DNA from: Lama guanicoe
Taxonomy: Eukaryota
Length of the DNA: 64,000 nt
Direction: 5' to 3'
NCBI GenBank assembly: GCA_013239625.1
Contig: MU054001.1
Location: 7,055,078 to 7,119,077, forward strand
The position numbers were made by a program, and so were the translations under genes. Below the pieces are notes generated by a model. That model was not told the DNA's origin, did not search any database, and was given only the letters and a program-made list of their open reading frames with translations. This document shows positions 11,445 to 26,001 of the stretch, piece after piece (the first letter of the stretch is position 1; the number at the start of each line of letters is the position of its first letter).

Positions 11445-14400
11445 TTTTATTCTTTCAATTTTATTAGGTAGAATTGTTACAATTTGCACATATACAGTAT
11501 GTTGCATGTAAATACATATACACAATATACTGCACATATTTTAAAAAATTTACATATAGGTACTGTTCATTGTTTTTAAGAACATTTAGAGCTTCAGCTT
11601 TTTAAATTTACATAGTTATCAAAGGAATAAAAGCAAACCACAAAAAAGAATTAATTTGAAAAGATACATATACCACACTGTTAACAGCAACATTATTTAC
11701 AATTGCCAAGATATGGGAGCATTGTAAGTGCATATTAATGAATGGATAAAGAAGATGCAGCATATATAAATAATGAAATACAACTTACCCATAAGAAAGA
11801 AGGATATTTTGCCGTTTGTAGCACTTCATTCACTTTTTTTTCCATTTCAAAAACGAGAATTTTATAACCGGCATAAGCATTTTCATTGCACAAAAGCAAC
11901 AAAATATCTAGAAATAAACTTAACCAAGGAGGTTGCCTGTATTCTGAAAACTGTAAAACATTGATGAAGGAAATTGAAGATACAAAGAAATGGAAAGATA
12001 TCTTGTGCTCTTAGATTGGAAGAATAAACATTATCAAAATGGCTGTACTACCCAAAGCAATCCACAGATCCAATGCAACCCTTGTCAAAGTACTCACAAC
12101 ATTTTTCACAGAACTAAAACAAACAACTCCAAAATTTATACAAACCATAAAAGAACTACCAAAGCAATCTTTTTCTTTTTTTTCTTTTTTTTTTCCTCTT
12201 GTTCTCTTTCCTTGTGTTTTGATGACTAGAGAAGATCCTTTGACATTTGTTGTAAAGCTGGTTTGGTGGTGCTGAATTCTTTTCAATTTTGTTTATCTGT
12301 GAAGCTTTTGATTTCTCCATCAAATCTGAGTGAGAGCCTTGCTGGAGAGAGTATTCTTGTTTGTAGGTTTTTTCCCTTTCATCACTTTAAATATATCTTT
12401 CTTCTCCCTTCTGGCCTTTAGAATTTCTGTTGAAAAATCAGCTGATAACCTTATAGGAATTCCTTTATGTTACTTGTTGCTTTTCTCTCACTAATTTTAA
12501 TATTTTCTCCTTACCCTTAATTGTTGTCAATTTGATGACTATGTGCCTCAGTATTTTCCTCTTTGGGTTGATCCTGTGTGGTACATTCTGTGCTTTCCTG
12601 GACTTGGGAGACTTTCCTTTCCCAAGTTGGGGAAGTTTTCGGTTATTATCTCTCCCAAAATTTTCTCAGGTCCTTTCTCTCTTCTCTTTCTGGGACCCCT
12701 ATAATGTGAATATTACTATGCTTCCTGTTGTCCCAGAGCTCTCTTAAACTATCCTCATTTCTTTTCATTCCTTTTTCTTTGTTCTGCACTAGTGATTTCC
12801 ACTAATCTGTCTTCTAGCTCACTGATCTGTTCTTCTGCCTCATTTAATCTATTCTTGGTTCTTTCTAGTGTGTTGATCATTTCAGTGATTTTATTCTTCA
12901 ACTCTGTTTGGGTATTCTTTATCTTTTCCAACTCATTGCTGAAAACTTCATTCTGTGCATCTATACTCCTCTTGAGTTCTCTGAACATCTTGGCCATCAT
13001 TACTTTAAACTCTTTCTCAGATAAATTGCCTATCACCTCATCACTTATTTCTTCTGGGATTTAATCTTGTGCCTTGGCCTGGAAGATATTCCTCAACCAC
13101 CTCATACTGTCTGTCTTTCTATTTATATTTTTAGGTAGGTTAGTTACATTTCTCAACCTTGGAGAGGTGGCCCTCTGTGAGAGACGTCCTGTGTGTCGCA
13201 GCAGTACACCTCTCTTGTCATCCAAGGTCCAGGGTCCAGCCTGTCCCAGTGTAGAGTCTGGCCTTTGTTTGTGGATTCCTTCCACAGGCTTTGGGATTTT
13301 GTTTTCTTATTTCTGGTATCTGTCCCTGGTGGATGAGGCTAAACTAGAGGCTTATGCAGGTTTCTGGCAGGAGGAGCTGGTGTCTGCCCACTGCTGGGTA
13401 AAGCTTGGTCCTGGAGCTCTGGTGGGTAGGGCTGTGTCTTAGTGACTTAGGAAGTGCCTTTGTGACTTAGGAAGTCTGCTGATGGGTGTGGCTGTGTTCT
13501 CACCCTGTATGTTTGGCCTGAGGCTTCCCTACAGGCAGTTGGGAAGGGCTAGGTCTTGGTGCTAAAGATCCAATCAAGATGTCAGCCTCCAGGGAAGCTC
13601 ATGTAGATGAACATTCCTGGAATGTCCACCACCAGCATTTATGTCCCCTAGGTGAGCTGCTGCTGTCCCCTACGTCCCCAGGAGAACTTCCAAAGCCAGC
13701 AGCAGGCCTGGCCCAGGTTCCTATGAAATCACTGCCTCTGCCCTTGGACTTGGCGCACTCAAGATTCTGTGTATGTTTCCTAAGAGAATGAAGTCTGTTT
13801 CCCTCAGTCCTGTGGGGCTCCTGGAGCTAAACCACTCTGGCCTTCAAAACCAGATGTCCTGGGGTCGTCTCCTCCTCCCAATGCCAGAACCCCTGGCTGG
13901 GGAGCCTGGTGTGGGGCTTAGAACTCGTACTCTTATGGGAGGGCCTCTGTGACTTAATTATTCTTAAGCTTGTGGGTCGCCCACTGTGGGGTGTGGGATC
14001 CAATTATATCGTGAACGTGATCCTCCTACCATCCCACTGTGGTTCCCTCTTTTTTTTTTCCTAATTTTTTATTGATCTATAATCATTTTACAATGTTGTG
14101 TCAAGTTCCAGTGTAGAGCACAATTTTTCAGTCATACATGAACATGTATATATTCATTGAGACATTTTTTTTCTCCATGAGCTACCATAAGATCTTGTGT
14201 ATATTTCCCTGTGCTATACAGTATAATCTTGTTTATCTATTCTACAATTTTGGAATCTTATCTATCCCTTCCCACCCTCCGCCCCCTTGGCAACCACAAG
14301 TTTGTATTCTATGTCTATGAGTCTATTTCTGTTTTGTATTTATGCTTTTTTTTGTTCTTTTTTTTCTTTTTTTTTTTTAGATTCCACATATGAGCGATCT

Positions 14401-14929
14401 CATATGGTGTTTTTCTTTCTCTTTCTGGCTTTCTTCACTTAGAATGACACTCTCCAGGGACATCCATGTACTGCAAATGGCGTTATGTTGTCGGTTTTTA
14501 TGGCTGAGTAGTATTCTATTGAATAAATATACCACATCTTTATCCTGTCATGCATTGATGGACATTTTGGCTGTTTCCATGTCTTGGCTATTGTAAGTAG
14601 CACTGCTATGAACATTGGGATGCAGGCGTCATCCTGAAGTAGGGTTCCTTCTGGATATATGCCCAGAAGCAGGATTCCTGGGTCATATGGTAAGTCTATT
14701 CCTAGTGTTTTGAGGAATCTCCATACTGTTTTCCACAGTGGCTGCAACAAACTGCATTCCCACCAGCAGTGTAGGAGGGTTCCCCTTTCTACTGTGGTTC
14801 CCTCTTTATGTTTCCAATTGAAGAAGATCTTTTTTGCTAGGTTCCAATCTTTTTTTCATTGGTTGTTGAGCAGTCAGTTGTGGTTTTGTTGTAGTCCCAA
14901 GGAGAGGTGAGCTCGTGTCCTGCCACTCC
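11445..14929 (-). mobile_element. Composite L1-derived insertion (5' UTR + ORF1, no cognate ORF2, plus extra 3' segment)
   Basis: TSD CTACACCACTTTT at 11432-11444 and 14930-14942; ORF1p coiled-coil ORF at 12755-13036 (-); L1 5' end near 14929. Confidence 0.8.
14053..14790 (-). mobile_element. Younger 5'-truncated L1 3' end nested in the 5' UTR of the composite element
   Basis: 17-bp TSD ACTGTGGTTCCCTCTTT at 14036-14052 and 14791-14807; ORF2p C-terminal remnant at 14439-14750 ([17 protein letters not shown]). Confidence 0.9.
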
Positions 14930-15024
14930 CTACACCACTTTTATAGAAGGGACTTGAACATTCCCAGATTTTGGTATCTGGGGGAGTCCTGGAACCAATC
15001 CCCCATGATACCAATGGTCGAATG
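14930..15024. mobile_element. Tigger/MER2-group DNA transposon, right part
   Basis: agggacttgaacat..cagattttggtatc..ggagtcctggaaccaatcccc, ending in a degenerate TIR followed by TA. Confidence 0.7.
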
Positions 15025-15624
15025 TAACATAAAGTTCAGACAGCTCAAGAGAATATTGTATATGTAATTATGTGTATTATCTAGTATTTATAGCATATAA
15101 AAATAAAAGTGTACTTATATATAATATATATATGTCTATAATATTAAATAATTAAAAACCACACTGTATAAAACTATAAATCAATAACAAAGCCAAACTA
15201 CTCAATAGAGCATAAGCAAAGGATATAAACAGGCAATTTTCAGAAAAATAGATAAATGAAAATATAGTTAATGAACTCTTGGCTAATAATCTGCTAAATG
15301 TATATTCTGCTTGTAACAGAATCCTTATAAGATCCGGAGCACTAGCACTCAATCAAATTTGACTAGAAGAACTGTTTTTCAGCCACTTACATGTTGCGAG
15401 TTGTTTAACGTAGTGATGACTTGAGGAAGAAGCAGCCTCACTCCCAACTCCATTCTTATTTTTCAAAACTTTGGCTATTGAGTTGCTTTTTTTTTTAAAT
15501 TAGCATTTATCAGCTTTAGACAAGAGTTTTTAAGGGTCAGCTGTAAGCAAACATGGGAATTTATTATGATTCCAATTAAGTAGGGGAAAAATGAACTATT
15601 CAATAGAGAGAATTATGAGAACTC

Positions 15625-16840
15625 ACTAACCATTAATTTTTTCAGATATTTTTTCTGTCTTACCCTGTCATCTCTTTTCCTTGACTATAATTACATGCAA
15701 GGTACTTGGTTTTATTTTGTCACTCAGGTCACTGATGCATTATTTATTTTTCAGTCTTTCTTCTTTCTGTTTCTCTTTGGATAGTTTCTATTGCTCTGTC
15801 TTTAAGTTTACTAAAATTTCTTTCCACATGGTTTAAACTGCTATTAATCACATCCAATGAATCATTCATTTCAGATATTATATTTTCTTCATCCCAAGAT
15901 GGTTTTGGGGTTGGGTGAACTCTTTAATATCTTTTATTTCTCTCTTCAACATGATCATGGTTTCTTCAACTTTCTTGGTCATGTAGAGCATATTTATAAT
16001 AGTTATTCTAGTATCCTTATTTGATAGCTTTATCGTCTCTGTTGCTTCTGGGTCTGTTTCTGTTGATTAATTTTTCTCTAGGAAATGGGTCATAATTTCC
16101 TGTATCTTTGCTGTCTGCTTATTTCTGATTGGATACTGGTCCTTATGAATTTTATGTTATTGCTGTGTTGTATTGTTTTATTCCTTTAAAGTGTTGGCTT
16201 CCCCCCTTCCCCTGCCAAGAATGTAGTTCTTTAGAATCAGTTGAATCCTTTCAGTGTTTGCTTTTAAGCTCTGTTTGGGCAGATCCAAAGCAGTACCTAG
16301 GGCTAATTTACAACCTCCCTCCCTCTTTTAGAAATCTATCTGGTGCCCCATGTATTTATGAGGTCTTTTCACTCTAGCTGATAGGAGTGAAGTTTCTAAT
16401 GTCATTTTTTTTCTGATGGCCCTTTCCCCAGTCTTGGGTAGTGTCTTCTGACACATACTCAGGTTGGTACTCAACCACTACTTAAGGGGGCCCACGACAG
16501 GTTTCTGGAGCTCTCTTTCTGTGCACCTCCCTTCTCCAGTACACTGTCTTGCAAATTCTGGGTGCCTTGGCCACTAAAAATCTGATTTCTGTTTCCTTAC
16601 CCTAGAGAATCAGCTGTGCTCTGTTCCCCATCCCTGCATTGAGGCCTGGAAACTGCTTCCAGGCAGTAAGCTGGTATAGTTTGGTTTTCCTTCTCAGGTA
16701 TCACAGTCCTGTGTTGCCTATTGTCTGATGTCTGGAAAACCATTGTCTCATATATTTTGTCCAATTTTCCAGTTATTTAAGGCAGGTGGGTAAATCTGAT
16801 ATTTGTTACTCAATCTTTACTTAAAAGTGGGAAGTCTTGA
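15625..16840 (-). mobile_element. Ancient L1M fragment (5'/ORF1 region)
   Basis: Degraded T-rich L1-antisense motifs. Confidence 0.55.
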
Positions 16841-18832
16841 ATCCTCCAGGTTAGAACCATTTCTAAAGGAAATGAGGGACTCTATACTAGTAGCCAATTG
16901 GTAACCAGGTCAAATTTCTGAGTTTCTCTAGCTTATTTCTGTTGAAATCTTTACTAGAATGGTTGGCATTTGACCATAAAAACATTCTTGGAGCATGTAA
17001 GTAAAGGGGAGTGTGGGCAGGGTGATGTCAGAGGGCATTAACTCACATTCTAGAATATTAGCCAACCCCAATTTGGCTTGCTTATACCCCAAATTAGGAG
17101 TTTTCTGCATTCAGACCTATTTGTGTGGTGAGGTCAAGGCTGGCTGGTAAATCAAATCCTGTCTTATTAAGAAGCACATGTGAGCTCACTCCTGGAGTTC
17201 TGGGATGCTTCTGGGGTTCAGCTTTTATTACTTTCAGGCCAGGTGGGCTGACAACTTTCTTACTGAAATAATCTTGGTGTATAGGTCTTTAAAGGCCATT
17301 TTGAATAAAATTGGACCAATTTAGTAAACAATTAAAAACTCACTAGAATCTTTGTATTATTTTCATGGGAAGCATAATACATCGCAGTTACTTCTGAAAG
17401 TTCTTGCAGAATAAAGTATCCCTAATTTATAGTTGGTCCTTGAGCTAGAGGCAGCTCTCTTAGGTGATAGCTGGGGATATTTTCCATCAAGGCTTTTAGG
17501 AATTCACATACTATTTTATTTTAGATCTCTCAAAAACTTTCTGAAGTTGTTAGGCATGCTAAGGCTTCTGGTACATTAATAAAGTGCTCCTGCACTTAGC
17601 TTTTCTTCAGTGCTTACAAGGTACCAAATGAGCTGCAAGGAAGATGAGCAGTTTAACACTTTCTAAAGTAATATTAAGCTTTATAGCACTAGAAATCTAT
17701 TTAATTCCCTTTCATTGCTTCTAAAATGCATTTCAAATCTGTTGTCATTGGTAAAATGCTCAGAGTCATTGGAGAATTATTTTTGACGTGGTGTTTCCAT
17801 CTAAAATTTGCTAGTGAGACAAATCCTCTCCAGTGCTGGAGGAAATTAACATTCTGGCTTTTCAACGTAGTATTGATATTAGGTTAGAGTTTATGGTTCC
17901 CTGGGGTCTTTCAATTTTGTGGGTTTAGAAAGGCTAAGATTTTATATTCCTTGTTTCTGGAAAGTCACATTGTCTTGATCACAGAGTTTTCCTCTAAATC
18001 CAATTTTCTGTTCTTTTAAATAACCATTTTGTTAAGCCAAGTCTCTGTAACTCCATATTACATAGATGTTATCCCTTAATTTGAAAAGCAGAATCAACTG
18101 CTGTAATTCTTTTTTTAATCAGTGTGAAATGCGTTTGTCCATACTTTAATTGACTATTCAGCAACTGACAAGGGAGGGTTCTGTGGAATGTAATGACTAA
18201 TTTGCTGATGGCATTATACTGTGATGATGGGAGGGAGGAAATCAGCTCTGAAGAACACTGCCACCTAAAAGCTTTTCTGGGGGAGGCTGATATGCACTGG
18301 TAATGTTAGATAAGTGCATACAGTATGAAATTAACTGTGTAATGTCATATGGAAAGATCTAAGAATATTAAGCAAAAATTGACAATAGTCAAGCTAAATC
18401 ATTTTCCCCACAACAGAAATGTGGGTCTGCAGGGATTTTTCTGTAGTATGTGTTAAAGCATCTAGGTGCCTGAGGAAAGAGATTGGGTCTCTTTCTGCAT
18501 CCAATTTTTGAAGATGTTAAGGATGTGGAAAATGGCAGAAGTATAAGAGGCTCTCAGAAGATACTATTTTACAGATCATGGAAATGTATGAATGTCTCAT
18601 GTTTATCCAGCACTTTTGCTTCTAGAGACTCTAAGGATAATTTCCATAGAACATGTAGGTGGAATTATTATTTCAGTTTCATCACTCATGGCGTTGTTTG
18701 TGAATGCATGTGAGTCTGAGTCTCCCAGAATTACTCTAGTAATTTCTAGAGACCAAGCATTCAGGGGCATTATTTCAGCCCCTTTATGTTCTTCTATGCC
18801 AGTTCTATAAAATGACAAGACTAGACTATTAG

Positions 18833-19025
18833 ACAATGTTTCTCAGCACTTAGCTGCATATTAGAGTCACTTGGTGCACTTAAAAAAAAACCCTTAAACA
18901 TAGCTCCCCCACCAACCCTCCACTGCTCTCAAGATTCTGAATTAACTGGTTGAATCAGTTCAGGCATAGATAATCTGAAAGACAGCCCAGGAGATTCTGA
19001 TGTGTTGTTAGGATTAACCACTGGT
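18833..19025. mobile_element. MER5A-like hAT MITE
   Basis: caatgtttctca..gctgcatattagagtcac...gattctga...cccaggagattctgatg...aaccactg. Confidence 0.65.
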
Positions 19026-19099
19026 ATAAGGGAAGGTTATGCAGTAGGGGTTGTACCTTAACACAATTAGAGGAATAAGGATATGAGTTGTGCCCTACA

Positions 19100-19670
19100 T
19101 TCTTTCTTTCTTTTTTTTAGTTGAAGTATAGTTGATTTACAATGTTGTATTAGTTTCTGGTGTATGGCTTAGTGATTCAGTTATACATATATATGTTTCA
19201 TATTCTTTTTCATTATAGATTATTACAAGATATTGAATGTATTTCCCTGTGCTATACATTAGGACCTCATTGTTTATCTATTTTATATGTAGTAATTTTT
19301 ATCTGCTAATCCCAAACTCCTAATTTATTCCCCTTTCCCCTTTGGTAACCATAAGTTTGTTTTTTTTATTTCTGTGAGTCTCTATTTTATAAATAAGATC
19401 ATTTTTATCCTTTTTTTTTTTTTTAGATTCCACATGTAAGTGATACCATATGATACTTGCCTTCCTCTGTCTGACTTACTTCACTTAGTATAATGATCTC
19501 TAGGTCCATCCACGTTGCTGTAAATGGCATTATTTCATTCTTTTTTATGGTTGAGTAGTATTCTATTGTATATATATCACATGTTATTTATCCAGTCATC
19601 TGTGGATGGACATTTAGGTGGCTTCCAGGTCTTGGCTATTGTACATAGTACTGCTGTGAACATTGGGGTG
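19100..19670 (-). mobile_element. L1 3' end fragment
   Basis: T-tail plus ttgaagtatagttgatttacaatgttg..., the L1 3' UTR/ORF2 end in antisense. Confidence 0.8.
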
Positions 19671-19874
19671 AGAGTGCTGTAGACTGGGTGGTAGATTGGC
19701 CAACTCATCCAATTTACCAGGGACTTTCCTGACTTTAGCACTGGAAGTTCCATGTCCTGGGAAGCACCTCCTTCATCCTACATAGTGTTTAAGTCGTGGC
19801 AGGGATGGGAATGTGTCTTGGCAGGGCATTTTAGTGGTGGTAAAAATAATAACTTCCTCTATTAATTCTCAACA

Positions 19875-20350
19875 TACACTTCTGCTATGACCCAGCAGTT
19901 TTACTCCCAGCATATTAGACCCTCAAGAAATGGGTTCCTAGCAGCATGGTTCACACTAGCCCCAAACTGCAGACAAACTGAATGTCTACCAACAGGAGAA
20001 TGGATATGTAATCATGGTATTTTCATAGACTGGACTGTTACATAGAATTTGAATGAATTTCTCAGATATAATGTTGGGTGAAAGAAGCCAGACATATGAA
20101 ATAGCAGAATGTATATGATTCTATTTATAGGAAGTTTTAGAAAAGGGAAAACCTAATCTATATAATAGAAGAAAGAGTAATTGGTTACCTCTGGTGGGGA
20201 GCTATTTAGAAGGGAGCTTGAGGGAGAACTCTGGTGTGCTGGAGAGATTCTTTTTCTTGATCTGGGTAGTGTTTACATGAATGTGTGTGTGTGTGTATAT
20301 ATATAAATTCATTGAACTGTTCACTTAAGATTTCTGCCCATATTGAATGT
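19875..20350 (+). mobile_element. Ancient L1M 3' end
   Basis: ctatgacccagca.., atagccccaaactg, atgttgggtgaaagaagccagaca motifs. Confidence 0.65.
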
Positions 20351-22232
20351 ATTATTTCTCAAAGAAATTTTAATGCTACCATTTATTGGGCACTGCCTAT
20401 ATGCCCTGTACTGTGTTCAGTGTTTTAATCCTCAGAAGACTCCTGCCAGGTGTGAGCATTGGCCACTTTAATTATTAGGCCCAGAATAGGTAAAAGAATT
20501 TCTCTTGACCACTAAGAAAATATTTTTCAAAGAGCATTTCAAGGAATAGCAGTTCTGCAGGTGTTATCTGCAAAAAGGGCTGGTGGGGAAATAAGTATGG
20601 GGGGCCCTGTGTTGAAATGGGTTCTGTGTACACTTTTACTGCAGGATTAATATGTCAGTGTGCACTGTGAATTCCCAAAAGGTGGAAATAAGGGAGGGGG
20701 ACAGAGTAAACAACATTTCCCAGACTTACCTGATCACAGATATTTGGGCGGCGGGCGTGGTGGTGGGAGCGGAGGAGGAGTTAGAGGAGTTTGGGAAACC
20801 CTTCCCTCTGCCATTTAGGCAAGACCCTCCCCGGGAGAGCTTTCTGGCTACAGTGCTGGGCTGTGCATGAAGCAAAGAGGGAAAGCCAGCAGTTAATTTG
20901 AGATCAGGCTATTGAGAGCTTTGACCACCAGGCAAAAGATGTTGAACACGGGACACAACGTTGAAAGTAATTTAAGAGACTTATTGTAGACACAATGACC
21001 GGGAGGCGAGAGGTAGGGCTTTAATTAGGAAGCTTCACTGTGGTCTTGGGGTGAATCAAAAAGGCCCCAAGCTGGAGAACGTAGTGGTAATGAGGGCATA
21101 ATCTATAGCAGTTGTGGTGGAGAGTCTTAAGATATCAAGTCAATAATAACTTTCTAAGAAATGTTTCATTTTTAGTCTCAAAGGCCATGCAGGTCTTGTA
21201 ATGTCTTAAGTTACTATTTTTGTGATTTTTTTTTTGAGGCTTGATTTTTTTCATTACCATTTAACCTATTCTCAAAGTCACCAGTTTTCTTATGACATGG
21301 GCCCATGAACTTGCTCCAGCGCTCCCATCCCCTGGGCAGGGCTGGTGGTTTTAAATGTAGTAGGGCGGACAGAAGGAATGTCAGGAAGATTTGGGTCAAA
21401 TCTTGTCTGGTTATCCACACTGAAGAGCAGTGGAGTTTGGGGCCAGGATGAGGGGCACCTGTGCAGGGTTCCCTTGGCTTTTCCCAAGGTGACTCTAATT
21501 AGCGAACTTGCCTTCCTGAACTGCTGGGTTACAGAGTTGGCTCTCTGGGAAGATTATGAAGGACAGAACTTGTGTTTTGTAGTGGGAAACAGCATAAGCC
21601 TAGTGGGAGAAATGGAGGATTTGGGGACAGAAGATCTGGACCCCAGACCTGGGTTTTCTGCTGCCTGGCCATGTGGCTTTGGGCAAATCCCTTCACATTT
21701 CCCAGTTTCTCCCACCTGTGGGTGGAAAGGAGGTAATGATTCCTGTCCCACCTCTTTCACACATTCACCAGAATAAGGTGAGGCAGCATCTATGCCAGGG
21801 CTCTCTCCTTTTTTGTTGTGGTTAACCTCTTGATTGAGTGAAGCTTTTCTTTCTCCATCTCTTTTGGGAGCTAAGTGCCCACTAGTTAGTTACTAATGAT
21901 GGTATTCAGTCCTCAGTGAATGTTGGCTGGCATTAATTATTGTCCAGGAGCTGAGGGAAGAACCACCATGTTGATCTGTGGGACAGTTGTTAGTTTCCTG
22001 TCCACGAGTCTGGGCCAGTGAACCTTGAGGATGTTAGGCTGCCTGCCTTGGGTCACACAACTGAAAGCCAAGCCCAGAGCAGGCTGACTTCAGAGACTGA
22101 ACTTTCAAACCCTTTATTGGCCTGTTGGGGCCAGATCTGACTGTATGAAGGCAATCTGGAGTATAGGAAGGAACCAAAGCAATGACCTTATACCCCATCT
22201 AAGGGCCAAGTGGACAAGCCAATTGGGACTCC

Positions 22233-23459
22233 TTTTTTTTTTTCCTTTTCCTTGTTTATTATTTTTTTTTAATGTGGTATAGTTTTTATAATATTATATA
22301 AGTTTCAGGAATACAACATAGTGATTCACAATTTTAAAAGTTACGCTCCATCTATAGTTATTATAAAATATTGGCTATATTCTGTGTTGTACAATATATC
22401 CTTGTAGCTTATTTTGTATATAGTAGTCTGTACCTCTTAATTCCCCTTCCTGTATATTGCCCCTCTACCCTTCTCTTTCCCCATTGGTAACCACTAATTT
22501 GTTCTCTGTGAGTCTGTTTCTTTTTTTTGTGTGTGTGTGAGTCTGTTTCTTTTTTGTCATAGTCACTAGTTTATCTTCTTTTTTAGATTCCACATATAAG
22601 TGATATCATACAGTATTTGTCTTTCTCTATCTGAATTATTTCACTAAACAATAATCTCCAGTACAACCATGTTGTTGCAAATGGCAAGATTTCATTCTCT
22701 TTTTTATGGCTGAGTAGTATTCTATTATATATGTGTGTGTGTATACACACACACATAAACCATATCTTCTTTACCCATTTGTCTGTTGTCTGAAGGAACT
22801 TTGGTTGCTTCCATATCTTATCAATTGTAAAGAATGCTGTTATGAACTTTGGGGTACATATATCTTTTCAAATTAATGTTTTTGTATTCTTCAGACATAT
22901 ACCCCAGGATTGGAGTTGTTGGATCACATGATACTTCTATTTTTAGTTTTCTGAGGAACCTCATCAAAGTGGGTGAGCCAGTGGCTGCACCAGTTTACAT
23001 CCCCACCAGCAGTGCACGAGGGTTCCCTTTTTCCCACATCCTCTCCAGCATTTGGTTTGGTCTTTTTGATGACGGCCATTCTGACAGGTGTGAGGTGATA
23101 CCTCACTGTGGTTTTGATTTGCATTTCTATGATAATTTGTGATGTTGAGCATCTTTTCATGTGGCTGTTGGCCATCTGTGTGTCTTCTTCTTTGGCAAAA
23201 TGTCTGTTCAGGTCTTCTGCCCATTTTTTAATCGTGTTGTTTGTTTTTGAGCTGTTTATATATTTCAGATATTAACCCCTTATTGGTCATATCATTTATA
23301 AATATGTTCTCCCATTCAGTAGGTTGTCTTTTCCTCTTTTTGATGGTTTCCTTTCCTATGTAAAATCTTTTAAGTTTAATTAGGTCTCATTTGTTTATTT
23401 TTGCTATTGTTTCCTTTGCCTTAGGAGACAGTTCCAAAAAAATATTGCTACAGTTTATG
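22233..23459 (-). mobile_element. 5'-truncated L1
   Basis: TSD CAATTGGGACTCC at 22220-22232 and 23460-23472; ORF2p remnant HMKRCSTS...[17 protein letters not shown]. Confidence 0.9.
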
Positions 23460-25941
23460 CAATTGGGACTCCCATTTACCACATCGCTCTCTGTTCCAAG
23501 GCCCTCACCAGCTTATCCTTAGAAAAGTCACATGTGGGCACAAGTCTGAGTTTTCTGCTAAGGGTGAAAACTCAGAAGACCAAGACATAAGGGCTGGAAA
23601 ATGCTGATTTGCTACTTTTTACCTTTAGGTTATGAACCCAGGTTTCTCAGGGTCTTTTTTTTTTAACCATTGGAAAACCCTGAAATCCCTGGTGAGGTGG
23701 AGCAGGCCTCTGACCCGGCACAGAGGTTTCAAAGGACAGGAATGGAACGATGAATTGGAAGTTGCAGAGTTCAGCTGGCAGGCTCTAAGGTCTCTTTTTG
23801 CTCAAGAAACAGTGCAAGAGATATTCCAGAGGGGCCTGGAGCTCACCTCTGCCAGTTAGGGCCTTGCATTGGGGTGATTCTGCCCTGCTCCTATATAATT
23901 AAAAAAAAGAAATCTTTCCTGGGGGGAAGAAGCATTTTCCTAATTTAGATTTTGTAATAACAAGGAAAGCTCTCAGTTGGGGCTGCAGACATTAGGAAAG
24001 TGAACCGAACTGACCCAAAGTTATTTTTTTACAAAGGTTGGAAAGGATGAAATTGATGTAATAAACAACCCAGTTGTCTCAGTCCAATTTCCAAGTTTTT
24101 GTTTTTTATTAAAAAAAGAGAGAGGAGAGATATAGTTAGATATTAAACACAAAAACAAAACTAAACCTCCAAATTTAGTAAGTCCAGAAGCAAAAAAGAA
24201 GATAAATGAACAGTAGCCTCCAGCCTGGAATGATCCCACCTGGAGGGAGGGAGATGTGAGTCGTGGAGGAAGCCGTCATCCGAGTTGTGGGCTGGGCAGA
24301 CCCTTTCCTGCCACTGGCTGCCCAGTTCCCGGTTCCCAGTTCACCTGCAGTGTGAGGTCTCACGTCCTAGGGTAGTGTGTATGCTAGTGTTTTATTTGGG
24401 GAGAGAAAATGAACTGAGAATGTGCTAATTCAGCATTTCTCAGTTTGATCTTCATAGCATTCCTGTATTTTGATGTTTACAGGTATCCTTTGTAGCAAAA
24501 AATAGGTAAGGAAATTTAAACATGCATTTAACATGTTCATGACTCTGAGAGGTCCCACTGAAAACTGCCTTGTCAAACTCCCAGCGGAGGATGTCTGCGG
24601 CTTTTCCTAAAATGCCTGGCCACTGATTCTTTTTCAGAATTCCTGCCAACACGTACTAGCACATCAGTGTCACTCACAGCAGCAGGAAGCATGATATCAC
24701 TGGCCAGCATTTATTGAGCATTCACTGTGGACCTGGTACTGTGCTAAGCATTTCCCTCTCAGCTTGTCAAGGCTCTGAGATCACATGAGGATTGTTTCCT
24801 TTACAAACCAGAGATAACAATAGTACTTACCTGCAGTATTAAGAAATTTCCCCGAGACTGTACAGCTGATGAGGAGTGGGTGCCAAGATTCAAACCCCGA
24901 AAACAGTGCCTGGCATTTGGCCTACTTCCTGTCCTGCCTCACCTCCCCAGCTATCAGACTCTAACCCCTTGTTCCCTGAGGTCGCGTGGGCAGAAGTCTG
25001 TTCCCTGCAGCCTGGCAGAGCAGCTGACTTTGCTGCGTGTGGTCATGATGACCCAGGGGATACTATGGCCCAGGGCGCCTCAGACTAGCTGCACACAGGT
25101 CTACACTGAGCCCCCCTCTCCTCCAGCCCTGATGGCGTTGCTGAGGGTATGCAAGAGGGGAAACGTGGCTCCAAACTCAACCACCTTTAGTAATAAGGAG
25201 CCCTTTTCTGGCTTGCAGAAGACATTCAACATAGGTGGGAAGTTTGCTGGTTTAGCTAGGGAGTTCCCTGCGAGAGTTGTTGCCAAGCCCCTCCCAAAGT
25301 CAGAGACCCCTTAAGAGGAAAAGCTGGGAGGAAAATAGCCACACCTTTGAAGAGTGCTGAACTTGGCTCTAATTGCACCCTTTCTGTTGATTAGACTCTC
25401 TTTGCATTCATTTCCCTGCAGAAGGGTTTCTCTGCTTCCTCAGATGGCACAGAGCATCGAAGCAGGGGCACCTGTGCCGCTGATGACCTTGCCCGGGTGA
25501 AATTAGCCAAGGTGCGTTAGGCAAAGGGAAAAGGACCAGAGACCTTGGAAGGCTCACAGGCACGTACTGTGAGCTAGCTGCCTGCCATCCTCACCTCTTG
25601 GAGGCGGTGGTCTTGGTGGGGTTTGTTAGGACTAGCAGGGTGGAGCTGGTGGGAAGAGAGAAACTGTTTGCAACGATGAAAGGCTGCTTTGTAGTGCTGC
25701 ACCTGCTCCCATCAAAGCACTCAGAAAGCTTTTGAAAACATTAACTCTTTAAAGCCACTCAGTCCTGGTCTCCTTGACTGGGAAGCCACTCTCCCAGCCC
25801 CCATTAGGCAGCCTGAATATGAGACGGTGATCAGTCTTTATCACTGTGGGCCGTGGCTGTGGTGCAGGGGGGTGTCGGCAGGGTTCTGGCTCCAAAGATT
25901 TTTTGAAATCCCTCTTTCCCAAGGGATTTTTAAAAAAAAAA

Positions 25942-25946
25942 TAATT

Positions 25947-26001
<55 letters not shown>

